Shown: positions 18,549-28,280 of the stretch, one piece after another
Position numbering within the stretch: the first letter of the stretch is position 1
How the letters are laid out: the number at the start of each line of letters is the position of its first letter
Source: a virus
Virus record (IMG/VR): IMGVR_UViG_3300042343_000347
Direction: 5' to 3' (one strand)
DNA: 64,000 bases
Notes under the pieces: model-generated
The model's input: only the letters and a program-made list of their open reading frames with translations
The model's database searches: none
Told to the model about the DNA's origin: nothing
Program-made: the position numbers and the translations under genes

Positions 18549-19021
18549 GGCTTATCAGAGTACCTTTTTTGATTCTCTGCTTCCCATACACGCTCACGCA
18601 AGTTAGTGCTACTGAAACTATGATCGCGGCTATTAAACACTAATTCAATATTACGCTTCTCGCAGATAGCACGACCAGTAAATTCACTTTGCATATACTC
18701 TACACCTAATATACGAACATCAAGGGGTAGTGTTAGCAAAATATCTTCAAGGTCTTTTTCACTATTATAAACTACGATTTCGTCAACGAATCTATTTGCA
18801 CTAAGTTGAATCTGTCTTTCTACCAGGCTTTGTATGGGAGCATTCTTTTGAGGTCTGTCCCAACTCGCATTGTTTTGTAAACCTGCGATTAGATAATCGC
18901 AATGATTCTTTGCTTCTGCAAGCATAGCAACATGACCTGCATGTAACAAATCGAATTGGCTGAACGTGATACCTATCTTCAACCCTTTATCTTTTAATTC
19001 TTTTATTTTATTGAATATCAT
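18545..19021 (-). CDS. cytidylyltransferase (glycerol-3-phosphate CT / TagD-like)
   Basis: FDLLHAGH (HxGH), ER..QL...VDE, RDHSFSST. Confidence 0.85.
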   Translation of the reverse strand: MIFNKIKELKDKGLKIGITFSQFDLLHAGHVAMLAEAKNHCDYLIAGLQNNASWDRPQKNAPIQSLVERQIQLSANRFVDEIVVYNSEKDLEDILLTLPLDVRILGVEYMQSEFTGRAICEKRNIELVFNSRDHSFSSTNLRERVWEAENQKRYSDKP

Positions 19022-19254
19022 CTTTTTAATTCACTCCAAAATTGTTTCTTATGTTGCTCTTCAAGCCAAACATCTTCATCAGTGAATGTAGGTTGTCTTT
19101 TGAGCATTTCCTCTAAAAGAAATTTGATCTCATAGAGTTCTTTTTTAGTCTGCCAAGATGTCCATCCGTCATTATAAGGGCTACAGATTTCTCCATGAGC
19201 CTTAATCAATTGCATTTTAATGCTATCTGGCTCTATTGGTTTCCTGTATCCCAT
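19018..19254 (-). CDS. hypothetical protein
   Basis: coupled ORF; SPYNDGWT motif. Confidence 0.65.
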   Translation of the reverse strand: MGYRKPIEPDSIKMQLIKAHGEICSPYNDGWTSWQTKKELYEIKFLLEEMLKRQPTFTDEDVWLEEQHKKQFWSELKR

Positions 19255-19420
19255 TTGCGACCTTATTAGTATCAATGATGATGTCCATTGCTTGACGTAG
19301 TAACTGTTCGATAGTCACAAGTTTCTGTTCAGTTTCCCAAACTTTCTTGTGCTGTAGTTCTAATCTAGCCTCTAATTCACATACTTTAGAGAATAGTTGA
19401 TCGTTAAAGTCTCCCATCAC
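19223..19420 (-). CDS. hypothetical coiled-coil protein
   Basis: 65 aa directly after folE. Confidence 0.55.
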   Translation of the reverse strand: MMGDFNDQLFSKVCELEARLELQHKKVWETEQKLVTIEQLLRQAMDIIIDTNKVANGIQETNRAR

Positions 19421-20097
19421 TTACAGCCCTTCATTGCGATATTCAAAAACTCAGCACGGGCAGCAGGATCGTTCTTGAATCCACCACCAAGACGGCTTGT
19501 GACTGTGCTACTACCTGTATCCTCTACACCACGACTCTTCACACAATAATGTTGTGCATCAATCATTACAGCAACATCTTCTGTGCCTAGGATGAATTGT
19601 AATGTGTGGAAGATTTGTTCTGTGAGGCGTTCTTGAATCTGTGGACGCTTGCTGAAGTATTCAACGATTCTGTTGATCTTGCTGAGTCCCAATACTTTAT
19701 CCTTAGGTACATATGCTACTGTAGCAAGACCATCGATGACAACAAAGTGATGTTCGCAGTTGCTTTGTACATTGACATTACGCTCAACGACCATCTCGTT
19801 ATACTTCATCTTGTTATCGACCGTAGTACACTTAGGGAACGAATCATAATCTAGTCCCCAGAAAATCTCATTGACATACATTTTAGCGACACGCTTGGGT
19901 GTATCGATCAAACTGTCATCGGTCAAGTCTAATCCTAAAGCCCTCATGATCTCAGCAAAGTTACCTTCGATGATATCAATCTGTTCTTTACGATCTAGAT
20001 TGCGCTTTTTGATTGGGGTTTCAACACCCATTTTGACTAGGTGTTCATGAACCTGTTTGCCAAGTTCTGGGTCTGTTTTTGTCTTATTGTATGACAT
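19417..20097 (-). CDS. folE: GTP cyclohydrolase I
   Basis: DTPKRVAKM, SNCEHHF, GLSKINR, PQIQERLT, HYCVKSRG. Confidence 0.95.
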   Translation of the reverse strand: MSYNKTKTDPELGKQVHEHLVKMGVETPIKKRNLDRKEQIDIIEGNFAEIMRALGLDLTDDSLIDTPKRVAKMYVNEIFWGLDYDSFPKCTTVDNKMKYNEMVVERNVNVQSNCEHHFVVIDGLATVAYVPKDKVLGLSKINRIVEYFSKRPQIQERLTEQIFHTLQFILGTEDVAVMIDAQHYCVKSRGVEDTGSSTVTSRLGGGFKNDPAARAEFLNIAMKGCK

Positions 20098-20105
20098 TTA
20101 GTTTC

Positions 20106-20882
20106 TCCTTCCTTACACGGATATGTTAAATTTTGCATTGATATGCGGTAGAACTATTTGTTCTGCGAACCCTTTAAACTGTTCTCTACTTGGATGAGTA
20201 GCCCTGTATCGAACTTCTAGATTACTATGATTTCTTAAATGCTCGGGCAAACATGCGAATCCAGAATTCAAACACCAGTCCCAACATGTTTTGACTGGTA
20301 AGAAATTACTCCAGTCTATCATATCGTAAAGATGTTTAACGTTTGGATGCTTCATCATAGATTCTTCAGGTAAACCTGCTTCATTAAATATAGACATGAA
20401 GTATTTTACGTTGACAGATTTAAGATACCACTGAGTCCTCACTATATGTTCTAATGCATATATGCAGGAACCTACAGGGTCATAGTAGTTTTTGATATAA
20501 GAGATTGTATAGTTATCTTCTTCCCAGGGACGCAGGGAAACCCAACAACCTTCATCGTTGTCTATGAAACGAAATGTGAATCTAGACTTAAATCTATCTG
20601 TATCACTGTGATAATTTTCTAGCCTATGAATGCTAGACCACATCACGCCTACTAATAGTTCTTGGGGATTAGATGATTTCAGAGCAGTCTCTACACCGTG
20701 AATGACGGATCGACTGATGTACCCATTACCTGCACCGTTAACGGCATAATTATATAAGGGTAGGTTTAAAGATTCGGCTACATAGTTTGGCCAAGCGATT
20801 CTGCCTTCAGTAGGAATACCCTCAGTAAAACTACAACCACTTACTATTAACTTTTCTAACATCGTCCTTCCTTACGCGGATA
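20106..20882. repeat. 18-bp direct repeat (17/18 identical) at 20106-20123 and 20865-20882 containing the RBS
   Basis: TCCTTCCTTAC(A/G)CGGATA twice, flanking ORF 20113-20862. Confidence 0.75.
20113..20862 (-). CDS. SGNH/GDSL-like hydrolase-fold protein (paralogue 1)
   Basis: GCSFT block I, NYAVNGAGN block II, C-terminal HP. Confidence 0.6.
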   Translation of the reverse strand: MLEKLIVSGCSFTEGIPTEGRIAWPNYVAESLNLPLYNYAVNGAGNGYISRSVIHGVETALKSSNPQELLVGVMWSSIHRLENYHSDTDRFKSRFTFRFIDNDEGCWVSLRPWEEDNYTISYIKNYYDPVGSCIYALEHIVRTQWYLKSVNVKYFMSIFNEAGLPEESMMKHPNVKHLYDMIDWSNFLPVKTCWDWCLNSGFACLPEHLRNHSNLEVRYRATHPSREQFKGFAEQIVLPHINAKFNISV

Positions 20883-20900
20883 AAATTTGTAAATCAACTC

Positions 20901-20927
20901 GCTACCGTTGTGTAGCATATGTATTTA
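20901..20927 (-). promoter_or_regulatory. TAAATA promoter-like motif followed by 5' hairpin
   Basis: TAAATA-CATAT-GCTAC ACAACG GTAGC. Confidence 0.55.
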
Positions 20928-20930
20928 TAT

Positions 20931-21674
20931 CTAACTGATATAACCCTTACTTTTTAAATGGGGCAATATCACCTTATCTACAAACATCTTACTAATAGCA
21001 GGCGTAGGATGCTGTGTTTCATCGAACTTCATACCTTCTCTTTTACCCCAATCATACATGTTCTTTATGGGTAGAACGTTACTATAATCTATCTGATCGC
21101 GCAGATATTTTACGTCTGTATGATTATTATATTTCAAATAATCATCACCGTCTAAACTGTCGTAGTTATATGTAGTGAAAAAATATTTGATATTGTGCAT
21201 TTTTAAGAACCATTGAATGCGCAAAATATTTTCTATAGTGTTTATGTACAGACCTATATCATCATAATAATGTTTATAATAAATCTGACTTAATTCATCA
21301 CTCCAGCCCGGATGCATCAGATAATTATTCTGTTCAGCACCTACGCTACACGGTTGGCTGTAATACCAGTTGGTTGATTTGTGCGGATCCCACTGATAAT
21401 AATCTACAGGTTCATGCGTCAGATATACAGACTTTCTAGATACTCCCGACCACATCACTCCCACTAGTAGATTTTCAGGTTTGTACTTTTGCACAGTCAA
21501 GCATTGATTGACTCTGAAGATCACACGTTTAGAAATAATGTCGTTACCTGTGCTACCTGCACCGTCAAAAAAAGCCTGCATGTCTAATGCATCACGCAAG
21601 AATACAGGCCAGTTATCGCCGGGTACTTGTGTGAAACTGCAACCTGCTGATATCAATATTCTAGGATTTGCCAT
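20931..21674 (-). CDS. SGNH/GDSL-like hydrolase-fold protein (paralogue 2)
   Basis: [19 protein letters not shown] shared with 20113 ORF, QHP. Confidence 0.6.
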   Translation of the reverse strand: MANPRILISAGCSFTQVPGDNWPVFLRDALDMQAFFDGAGSTGNDIISKRVIFRVNQCLTVQKYKPENLLVGVMWSGVSRKSVYLTHEPVDYYQWDPHKSTNWYYSQPCSVGAEQNNYLMHPGWSDELSQIYYKHYYDDIGLYINTIENILRIQWFLKMHNIKYFFTTYNYDSLDGDDYLKYNNHTDVKYLRDQIDYSNVLPIKNMYDWGKREGMKFDETQHPTPAISKMFVDKVILPHLKSKGYIS

Positions 21675-22689
21675 TTACAAAAACACCATTATACTGTTGC
21701 GTTACGCGGACAAAAGTCGTACACTTGCTAAGATTTTTTAATGTATGCGCACCTACATACGTACATGTGCTACGGATACCTCCCAGTAAATCTAGTACTG
21801 TGTTATTAACAGGACCACGATATGGGACTACGACCGTTCGCCCTTCGCTACTACGATAACTTGCTATACCGCCGTTGTGCTTGTTCATAGCAGTATCAGA
21901 ACTCATTCCATAGAATGTAATTTTTCCATCTTCTACGGTGCCGCCACCTTCGTCATGTCCGGCTAACATACCACCAAGCATGACGAAATCTGCCCCTGCG
22001 CCAAATGCTTTAGCCACATCGCCTGGGCAAGTACACCCGCCATCAGCAATGATATGTCCCCCAAGCCCATGCGCCGCATCGCTACACTCAATGATCGCAC
22101 TAAGTTGCGGGTAGCCAACCCCAGTTTGTATCCTAGTTGTACATACCGATCCTGGCCCGATTCCGACTTTAACAATATCTGCTCCTCGTAGTATCAATTC
22201 TTGTGTCATATCTGCGGTAACAACGTTACCTGCAATGATTGTACAATGCGGAAATGCTTCGCGCACTTCTTCTACATAATCACCGAAATGATCGCTGTAT
22301 CCATTGGCAACATCTATGCAGATAAAATGAATCTCAGGATAACTATTGATGATACGGCTTAGTCTTTGAAAGTCTTTCTCATTAGTACCTGTGCTTACTG
22401 CTAGATGATTACCACCGATCTTGCCGATCGTATCAGAAAACTGATCTTCAGTATATGACTTAACAAGGCATGTGAACATACGATGTTCATATAATGCTTC
22501 AGCCATTCCTAGAGTACCTACACCATCCATGTTAGCGGCCATGACTGGAACACCTGTCCATTCAAAACCGCTATGCTTGAACTTGTAAGTACGATTCAAA
22601 TCGACTTCTTTACGACTAGATAGTGTGCTACGCTTGGGGCGTATCAATACATCCTTGAAGTCTAACTTGATATCTTCTTCGATACGCAT
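21661..22689 (-). CDS. guaC: GMP reductase
   Basis: [64 protein letters not shown]. Confidence 0.95.
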   Translation of the reverse strand: MRIEEDIKLDFKDVLIRPKRSTLSSRKEVDLNRTYKFKHSGFEWTGVPVMAANMDGVGTLGMAEALYEHRMFTCLVKSYTEDQFSDTIGKIGGNHLAVSTGTNEKDFQRLSRIINSYPEIHFICIDVANGYSDHFGDYVEEVREAFPHCTIIAGNVVTADMTQELILRGADIVKVGIGPGSVCTTRIQTGVGYPQLSAIIECSDAAHGLGGHIIADGGCTCPGDVAKAFGAGADFVMLGGMLAGHDEGGGTVEDGKITFYGMSSDTAMNKHNGGIASYRSSEGRTVVVPYRGPVNNTVLDLLGGIRSTCTYVGAHTLKNLSKCTTFVRVTQQYNGVFVNGKS

Positions 22690-22692
22690 TTA

Positions 22693-22881
22693 TTAAGCCT
22701 TTGCTTCCTTACGTGCGTTCTTAGTAGCAGTGATTTCGTTACGGCGTGCCTTTACAGCCTTAGCAAGTTCACCAAGGGCCTTACGTGCGCGGGTACCGGC
22801 AGCGTTATTGCCCTTCTCAAACTTCTCATGTTCAGCAAGATATGCTTCCAAATGTGTGTTAATATCGTTATGTGCGCTCAT
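22693..22881 (-). CDS. histone H1-like Hc1-domain small basic protein
   Basis: FEKGNNAAGTRARKALGEL motif. Confidence 0.7.
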   Translation of the reverse strand: MSAHNDINTHLEAYLAEHEKFEKGNNAAGTRARKALGELAKAVKARRNEITATKNARKEAKA

Positions 22882-22893
22882 ATTTTTCTCCTA

Positions 22894-24066
22894 TTAATAT
22901 TTGCTTTCTCTCGTATGATTACGATAATCCGTACTCATACGCAACCATTGCTCACCCTTACCTTCAAGGATGTCACAAATTCTATCTATCGTCTTGTCAG
23001 TCCAGTCACTTATTTTACCCATGTATTGACTTTCAACAAAAATAGCATTGTTTAGTTTGATCAATGCATCAGTCTTAGACCATGGCACATACATACGTGA
23101 ATGATCATTAGCGAATGTCTCGGGGAAACTGCGATATGCCGGATACACTACGTTGCATCCTAATGCATCTGCTTCGCTGACAGTATTACTCACCCAGTCT
23201 TGTAATGCACAGTTGAACAACACACGGCTGTCGTTCAATAAACTATAGTAATCATTCTTGTCGAGATCGCTATAAATTGTAAGTTTACCTTGTTCTTCAA
23301 GGCGTAGTGTACGTTCCATATACGAACTGTTATTGCTACGTAACTTTGCGCCACTCAATAATGCAAACTCTACATCTTTGTGAATCTTAGTATATTCTTC
23401 AATGATGTCCATGTAGAAGTCAGGCTGTTTCTCTTGATCCCAACGTGCGGCAAACACAACACGCAACTTACGCTTGTCGAAAGGCTTGATCTCTTTGACA
23501 CGACCACGAACTTCTTCTTTACCAAATGCAAGACCACTGATATTATAGATCGGAGCCTTCCAGCCTGCGACCTTCATATGCATGACCATCTCTTCATTGC
23601 TAGCCAATACGCCATCAACGAACTCGTTGACCATTTCTTCATACTTGCGCATGAAGCCTTGCATATCCCATACGTGCAAGAAGTCATCAGGGTCGATAGT
23701 CTGTGCTAGACAACGAACGTAGACCTTAGGGCGATACTCTTTAGGTACTTGCTTGAGAATATAAGGGATGCTGTCAATACCACTAGTATACATGTCTTCA
23801 AAATAGATGACATCTTCGCTTGTGACTTCACCGATTTTCATCAATCTGACAAGTTCAGCCATCTGTGTGAGGCTGTAATATGTTCGACCATGTGCATCAA
23901 GCACTTGACCAGTAACGATGCTCTGATCGTTGCTCAATGTCTGACCATTGACTAATTGATAGTTGATATCTCTACGCTTGAATACACGTTCATTCCAGTC
24001 TTGCAACTGTAATGTATATCTTGCCTTGTAGGGTTCTAGACCCATGTAGTATAATTTACGCATCAC
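22894..24066 (-). CDS. GT-B glycosyltransferase
   Basis: FAARWDQEKQP, LQDWVSNTVSEADALGC (D/E x7 E), N-terminal LEPYKARYT. Confidence 0.75.
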   Translation of the reverse strand: MMRKLYYMGLEPYKARYTLQLQDWNERVFKRRDINYQLVNGQTLSNDQSIVTGQVLDAHGRTYYSLTQMAELVRLMKIGEVTSEDVIYFEDMYTSGIDSIPYILKQVPKEYRPKVYVRCLAQTIDPDDFLHVWDMQGFMRKYEEMVNEFVDGVLASNEEMVMHMKVAGWKAPIYNISGLAFGKEEVRGRVKEIKPFDKRKLRVVFAARWDQEKQPDFYMDIIEEYTKIHKDVEFALLSGAKLRSNNSSYMERTLRLEEQGKLTIYSDLDKNDYYSLLNDSRVLFNCALQDWVSNTVSEADALGCNVVYPAYRSFPETFANDHSRMYVPWSKTDALIKLNNAIFVESQYMGKISDWTDKTIDRICDILEGKGEQWLRMSTDYRNHTRESKY

Positions 24067-24829
24067 GCCTCTCTATATCTGCTTCTATACATTCAACACC
24101 ATATTGTACTTCAAGTATGTGACAAGGTTCATCATAATTATTCTGGCCTTGATGCCACACTTTTTGACCAATCACATATTCTTCATTGGGATGTTTAGTA
24201 ACTTTTATTATACTCTGATTATATTCAGTTACAATATCGCATTTACCCTTAAGTATATACCAATGTTCACTTCGGTTGAAATGACGTTGCATACTCAATT
24301 GTTTGCTTGGTTCGATCACTAATTCTTTTACTTTATAACCCGGTTTATCATCTAACACACGATAATAGCCCCATGGTCTGTGAACTTTCGGGTTCTTCCA
24401 TTCTGCTAATATCCAACTACTGCTATTGATTTTTGTAGTACCACCTACCCCGAATATAAACTCAATATTATCATCATTGATATCCATCTCAGGAATATTT
24501 TCTTTTGTGCGGTCACCGCCATTAGCAAATATAATTCTACTGTGTGGGTATTGTTTACGAACTAATCTTAAAGCATCTTTTGCGCTATTGTCGCTGTCAT
24601 CAAATGATATGACATCATGCACGCCTTTTAATTCGCTGATGATGATGCTACGGTCTTCAAACTGCATGAAAGGACGTCCTTTCTTGCGTTCTAACCAACT
24701 GTCAGAATTGACACCGACGATTAAGATGTCTCCTAATGCGCCGGCGTTTCTGAACAACTCAATATGCCCAGCGTGAAGGGGGTCGAAACCCCCTGTCACT
24801 AAGACAACCTTAGGCGTTCTTTCCTGCAT
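24056..24829 (-). CDS. cytidylyltransferase fused to mannose-6-phosphate isomerase-type cupin
   Basis: GGFDPLHAGH, ANGGDR, NSSS then RPWGYY, LSMQRHFNRSEHW, ILEVQYG..EADIER. Confidence 0.85.
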   Translation of the reverse strand: MQERTPKVVLVTGGFDPLHAGHIELFRNAGALGDILIVGVNSDSWLERKKGRPFMQFEDRSIIISELKGVHDVISFDDSDNSAKDALRLVRKQYPHSRIIFANGGDRTKENIPEMDINDDNIEFIFGVGGTTKINSSSWILAEWKNPKVHRPWGYYRVLDDKPGYKVKELVIEPSKQLSMQRHFNRSEHWYILKGKCDIVTEYNQSIIKVTKHPNEEYVIGQKVWHQGQNNYDEPCHILEVQYGVECIEADIERRDA

Positions 24830-25013
24830 CAAACGCCCACATGTCTTTTGCGTCTTTCCCGGCAACGAATTTACTAAACTGACGATAAGCAAAACTCCTA
24901 TTGTCATAGAGAGTCGCCTCGTCATACTTGTAGCCGAAGTCCTTACAGAAATTTAGATAATTTTCCAAATCATCAAAAATCTGCCTTACTCGGTTCTTGT
25001 CGTTCTTTGCCAT
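24810..25013 (-). CDS. hypothetical phage protein
   Basis: AGGAG RBS; IFDDLE.YL.FC..FGY.YDEA motif. Confidence 0.7.
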   Translation of the reverse strand: MAKNDKNRVRQIFDDLENYLNFCKDFGYKYDEATLYDNRSFAYRQFSKFVAGKDAKDMWAFDAGKNA

Positions 25014-25074
25014 GTTTATTGCACTCCTAGTTAATTTAAACACAAGTTAATGATAACAGAAAGATATTCAAAAA

Positions 25075-26085
25075 TCAAATATCTTTCCACCCAGCCTGAC
25101 GAATCAAATGAAGCGCCCAGACGTGATGGCCAGTTTTGGTAGGATGATTGCTATGATAGACTAATCCCTTAGCAACCTTACCAGCAATATAATCGAACAT
25201 GAAATTTACCTTGTTTATCTGATCTTCCATCCAATTCATTGGTAACAATAGTTTAGGACCAACAGATTTCGAATAGGCGTCAGTTTCGATAGCGTTCAAG
25301 ATATACGGGGGTTCTACATCAACGTTGACTAATTTGCCCGTATAAACGATCCAGGTAGGATCGATTATCTTAAAATTATAATCTCGTTTAGGTGTAGCAA
25401 TCTTGGTGAAATTTCTCCACATGATACCTTCTATAGGACATGCTTTGAAATTAGCAAGCATATTATGGAAACTCTCAAAGAACAGTTCATCATATGATGC
25501 TAACCAATCCAAGATGTGTATCTCGCGCTCTTTGGGAATGTCGTACCATTTGCTGATAGCAGTGTGCGAACGGAATAACTTAGTCCATGGTAGGACTAAT
25601 TCTCGACCAGGCTCTGTCATCTGCATTGCTACATAGACTTTCTTGTATCCTAATGTTGCAACGTGCTTCAATATTCTTTCGAGGTCTAGATGCATGTATA
25701 GATTGCAATTGCCGGGAATAGCAAACTGATACAAGTCCCAACCCATGACTTCTGCAATTCTAGGACCAAAGCATCCTTGCAATTGATTACGGAAGTTAAA
25801 TTTGCCGATGCCGGTGCCTATACCATCTAGCGCCTCGCCATATGTCCAACTCTCTCCCACATTGACAAACAATGTATCACTGCCCCTTATCACATGAAAC
25901 TCTGTATTTTCTGCAGGAATTTGAATGTGCATGGGCTTCATATTGTCGTCAGTGACCAATATCTTTTTTGCGTTATTTAAAAAAGAATTTTCACTCATGA
26001 ATAATGAGTTCATATCGTATTCGCGATATGTTGATTTTTCTATCAATTCAGGTTCTGGGTGCAGACCTGTCTTTGGATCCCACAT
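25075..26085 (-). CDS. SGNH/GDSL-like hydrolase-fold protein (paralogue 3)
   Basis: NVGESWTYG, FAIPGNCN, SNHPT..GH. Confidence 0.55.
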   Translation of the reverse strand: MWDPKTGLHPEPELIEKSTYREYDMNSLFMSENSFLNNAKKILVTDDNMKPMHIQIPAENTEFHVIRGSDTLFVNVGESWTYGEALDGIGTGIGKFNFRNQLQGCFGPRIAEVMGWDLYQFAIPGNCNLYMHLDLERILKHVATLGYKKVYVAMQMTEPGRELVLPWTKLFRSHTAISKWYDIPKEREIHILDWLASYDELFFESFHNMLANFKACPIEGIMWRNFTKIATPKRDYNFKIIDPTWIVYTGKLVNVDVEPPYILNAIETDAYSKSVGPKLLLPMNWMEDQINKVNFMFDYIAGKVAKGLVYHSNHPTKTGHHVWALHLIRQAGWKDI

Positions 26086-26086
26086 A

Positions 26087-26563
26087 TTAAATAACCACTC
26101 TCATATTAGGTTTTGTTGTATTGTACGTGATCGTAGCGCCATTCTCGCCGTCTTCGCTTACTGTGATCTCAATCTTGCGATCTGGATATCTAGTGGCGAT
26201 TTGTTCGTAAAGGTCATCACTGATCATCTCACAACTCTTGTAGTCTAATGACAATACACCTTGTGCGCTAGAATACAACCCTTCAAGCCACCTTTTGAAT
26301 TGAATGAATTCCACATCTCTGTCGTTATGGAAAACTTCAATGGCAACAGTAAAATGAAAAATATGCCTATGCGGGTAACCCAAAAACGATACATCATATT
26401 CATCTCCAGTCTTAAGTTTAGGATCTTCTAATGCGGCAGGATACTTATGAATACCTTCTTTACGGAAGGTAACCCAGATCATTCTAGAAGCCTGATCTTT
26501 AATTCTACGTCTAGTTTCTGCCTTGGCCAAATTGGCCTGATAAATCACTGGATCCTCGCTCAT
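26087..26563 (-). CDS. dpdL: DpdL-like T-fold protein (QueD paralogue, putative CDG decarboxylase)
   Basis: EGIH, LGYPHRHIF matching LxxxHRHxF, SCEMI, VSEDGENGA; located in the deazaguanine locus. Confidence 0.65.
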   Translation of the reverse strand: MSEDPVIYQANLAKAETRRRIKDQASRMIWVTFRKEGIHKYPAALEDPKLKTGDEYDVSFLGYPHRHIFHFTVAIEVFHNDRDVEFIQFKRWLEGLYSSAQGVLSLDYKSCEMISDDLYEQIATRYPDRKIEITVSEDGENGATITYNTTKPNMRVVI

Positions 26564-26736
26564 CTATCATCTCCTAAATCTATAGTTTCATGTTTTTCTT
26601 CCCACTCTTGACGGCGCAATCTACGCAACTGATTGACTATATCTGCCATCTTTTGCAGGTCCTTATTATCGGTACCGCTCTCTAATTGTTTTAATTGATT
26701 CTCTAACAATCTAATTTGATATGCGTATGACGACAT
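26560..26736 (-). CDS. hypothetical protein (58 aa, not in ORF track)
   Basis: manual translation MSSYAYQIRLLENQ...TIDLGDDR; ATGA overlap with next gene. Confidence 0.7.
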   Translation of the reverse strand: MSSYAYQIRLLENQLKQLESGTDNKDLQKMADIVNQLRRLRRQEWEEKHETIDLGDDR

Positions 26737-26738
26737 AT

Positions 26739-28277
26739 TTAATTCTCCGTATTTTTAGACATCAGATCATCTGTGTCTTCAATTTCCTCTATATAATCTT
26801 CAGTACTTTCTTCTACTGAAAACAGTTCATCAAACTTAGTCAAAGCATTGACTGTCTTTTTGCCACTGAATCCTTGACTGCCTGATTTCATTTGCATCCA
26901 GAATCTATCATACTTATCAATTAAGTTGAGACTTCGCTCCCTATCCTTCAATGAGAATATCCCTTCAACGATATCACTGAATCTGATCTTCTCAAAAATC
27001 TCGTTCATGACCATTGCAGGAACGATACCCTGATCATATGATTTGTTACCGTCTTGTACCGCAGTGATATGCTGATAGACATTATGGGCTTGCAACAATG
27101 TATAACTCAATGTATCCCAACTTGTCTTAGTCTCTTTACCATGCGCACCCAAGAATCCAACACCTCTATAGCACAAGTCACGAACTAGCATTCTATCAGT
27201 GATAGGGCTGTCAGTGAATGTTTTATGGATACCGTCAGCCAATACAGCAATACTGAATTTCCGATTATCGTTTGCATAATCTTTGTTTTCAGCCGTTTTT
27301 TCCATGCTGTATGACCACTTAGTATCATGTTCGATGTTGTTCTGAAAGTATGCTAATCCCTTAGCCGCACTATAGAACGGGCTTGCGCAATCGAATGTGA
27401 TCTGGAAGTTTGGATTGTGATGCTTTCGAATCGCTCGTTGAATATCACTGAACAATACTGCATATTCTAAGATGCTAGTACCCAAGCAGTGTACAAGATC
27501 GTGCTTGCCTGGCTCAAGTAATCCATCATGAATCATGATCACAAGACGGCGTAGCATCAAATGAATATCAATCTTATTCTGACCACCGAATGCCCAACCA
27601 TTGAAATGATTGTCTGGATAGATGTTAGGGTCACAATACTTCTTCATCTCTTCATACCATTTATCACTCTGTGTATGATTGAGACCCTGCAATACGTTTA
27701 AGAATTTGCAATTACCATTACGGTTATTGATGAAGTATTCGTTATTAATATGTGTAGCCTTCACCGCATCTTCGATTGTGCGAATGCCGTGTTTGTCAAA
27801 TAGATGTTGATTGCGAATAGTCTGTGACGGAACGTCAAGACACATGCCATAATCCATGTATGTATCCATCCAGTTCAATACTAACTTGCGTTGCTTCATA
27901 GCCTTAGGACAGTTAGGGTCTTTCCAGTCAGCAGGCCATTGACCCTTCATGATCTGAAAACCACCACTATCACCTAACATAAACGTACCTTGTTCACGCT
28001 TACGAATGATGCTTTCAGCAGGGTCATCAACAGTAGTGTCGAGATTAGCGTGACCTGCTGAATATAACGCCCACTTATATGTGTATAGTCCTTGCTTGCT
28101 ATTCAAGAAATTCAAACATTCAACATCGCCGTTAAACCCTTGGGGAATTCTAGACAGATCAAAATATTGTTGACCTTCACGCTGTTTTCCCAAACCAGTG
28201 ATGAAGAAACTAGACATAGCGGGCAAAAATAAAGCCCAATCATTATTGTGTGAATTCGATAGATTTATTTGTTCCAT
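26739..28277 (-). CDS. dpdA: TGT-superfamily base-exchange enzyme (DpdA-like DNA guanine transglycosylase)
   Basis: GDSGGFQ, CLDVP, VLQG, WAFGG, HCLG, TFDCASP, AHN: TGT catalytic motifs in order. Confidence 0.7.
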   Translation of the reverse strand: MEQINLSNSHNNDWALFLPAMSSFFITGLGKQREGQQYFDLSRIPQGFNGDVECLNFLNSKQGLYTYKWALYSAGHANLDTTVDDPAESIIRKREQGTFMLGDSGGFQIMKGQWPADWKDPNCPKAMKQRKLVLNWMDTYMDYGMCLDVPSQTIRNQHLFDKHGIRTIEDAVKATHINNEYFINNRNGNCKFLNVLQGLNHTQSDKWYEEMKKYCDPNIYPDNHFNGWAFGGQNKIDIHLMLRRLVIMIHDGLLEPGKHDLVHCLGTSILEYAVLFSDIQRAIRKHHNPNFQITFDCASPFYSAAKGLAYFQNNIEHDTKWSYSMEKTAENKDYANDNRKFSIAVLADGIHKTFTDSPITDRMLVRDLCYRGVGFLGAHGKETKTSWDTLSYTLLQAHNVYQHITAVQDGNKSYDQGIVPAMVMNEIFEKIRFSDIVEGIFSLKDRERSLNLIDKYDRFWMQMKSGSQGFSGKKTVNALTKFDELFSVEESTEDYIEEIEDTDDLMSKNTEN

Positions 28278-28280
28278 ATA

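Noticed and set aside
20885-20916. THF-II (folE motif) riboswitch
   Set aside because: Similar words (TCAACTCG, ACCGTT) are on the non-coding strand and in the wrong order
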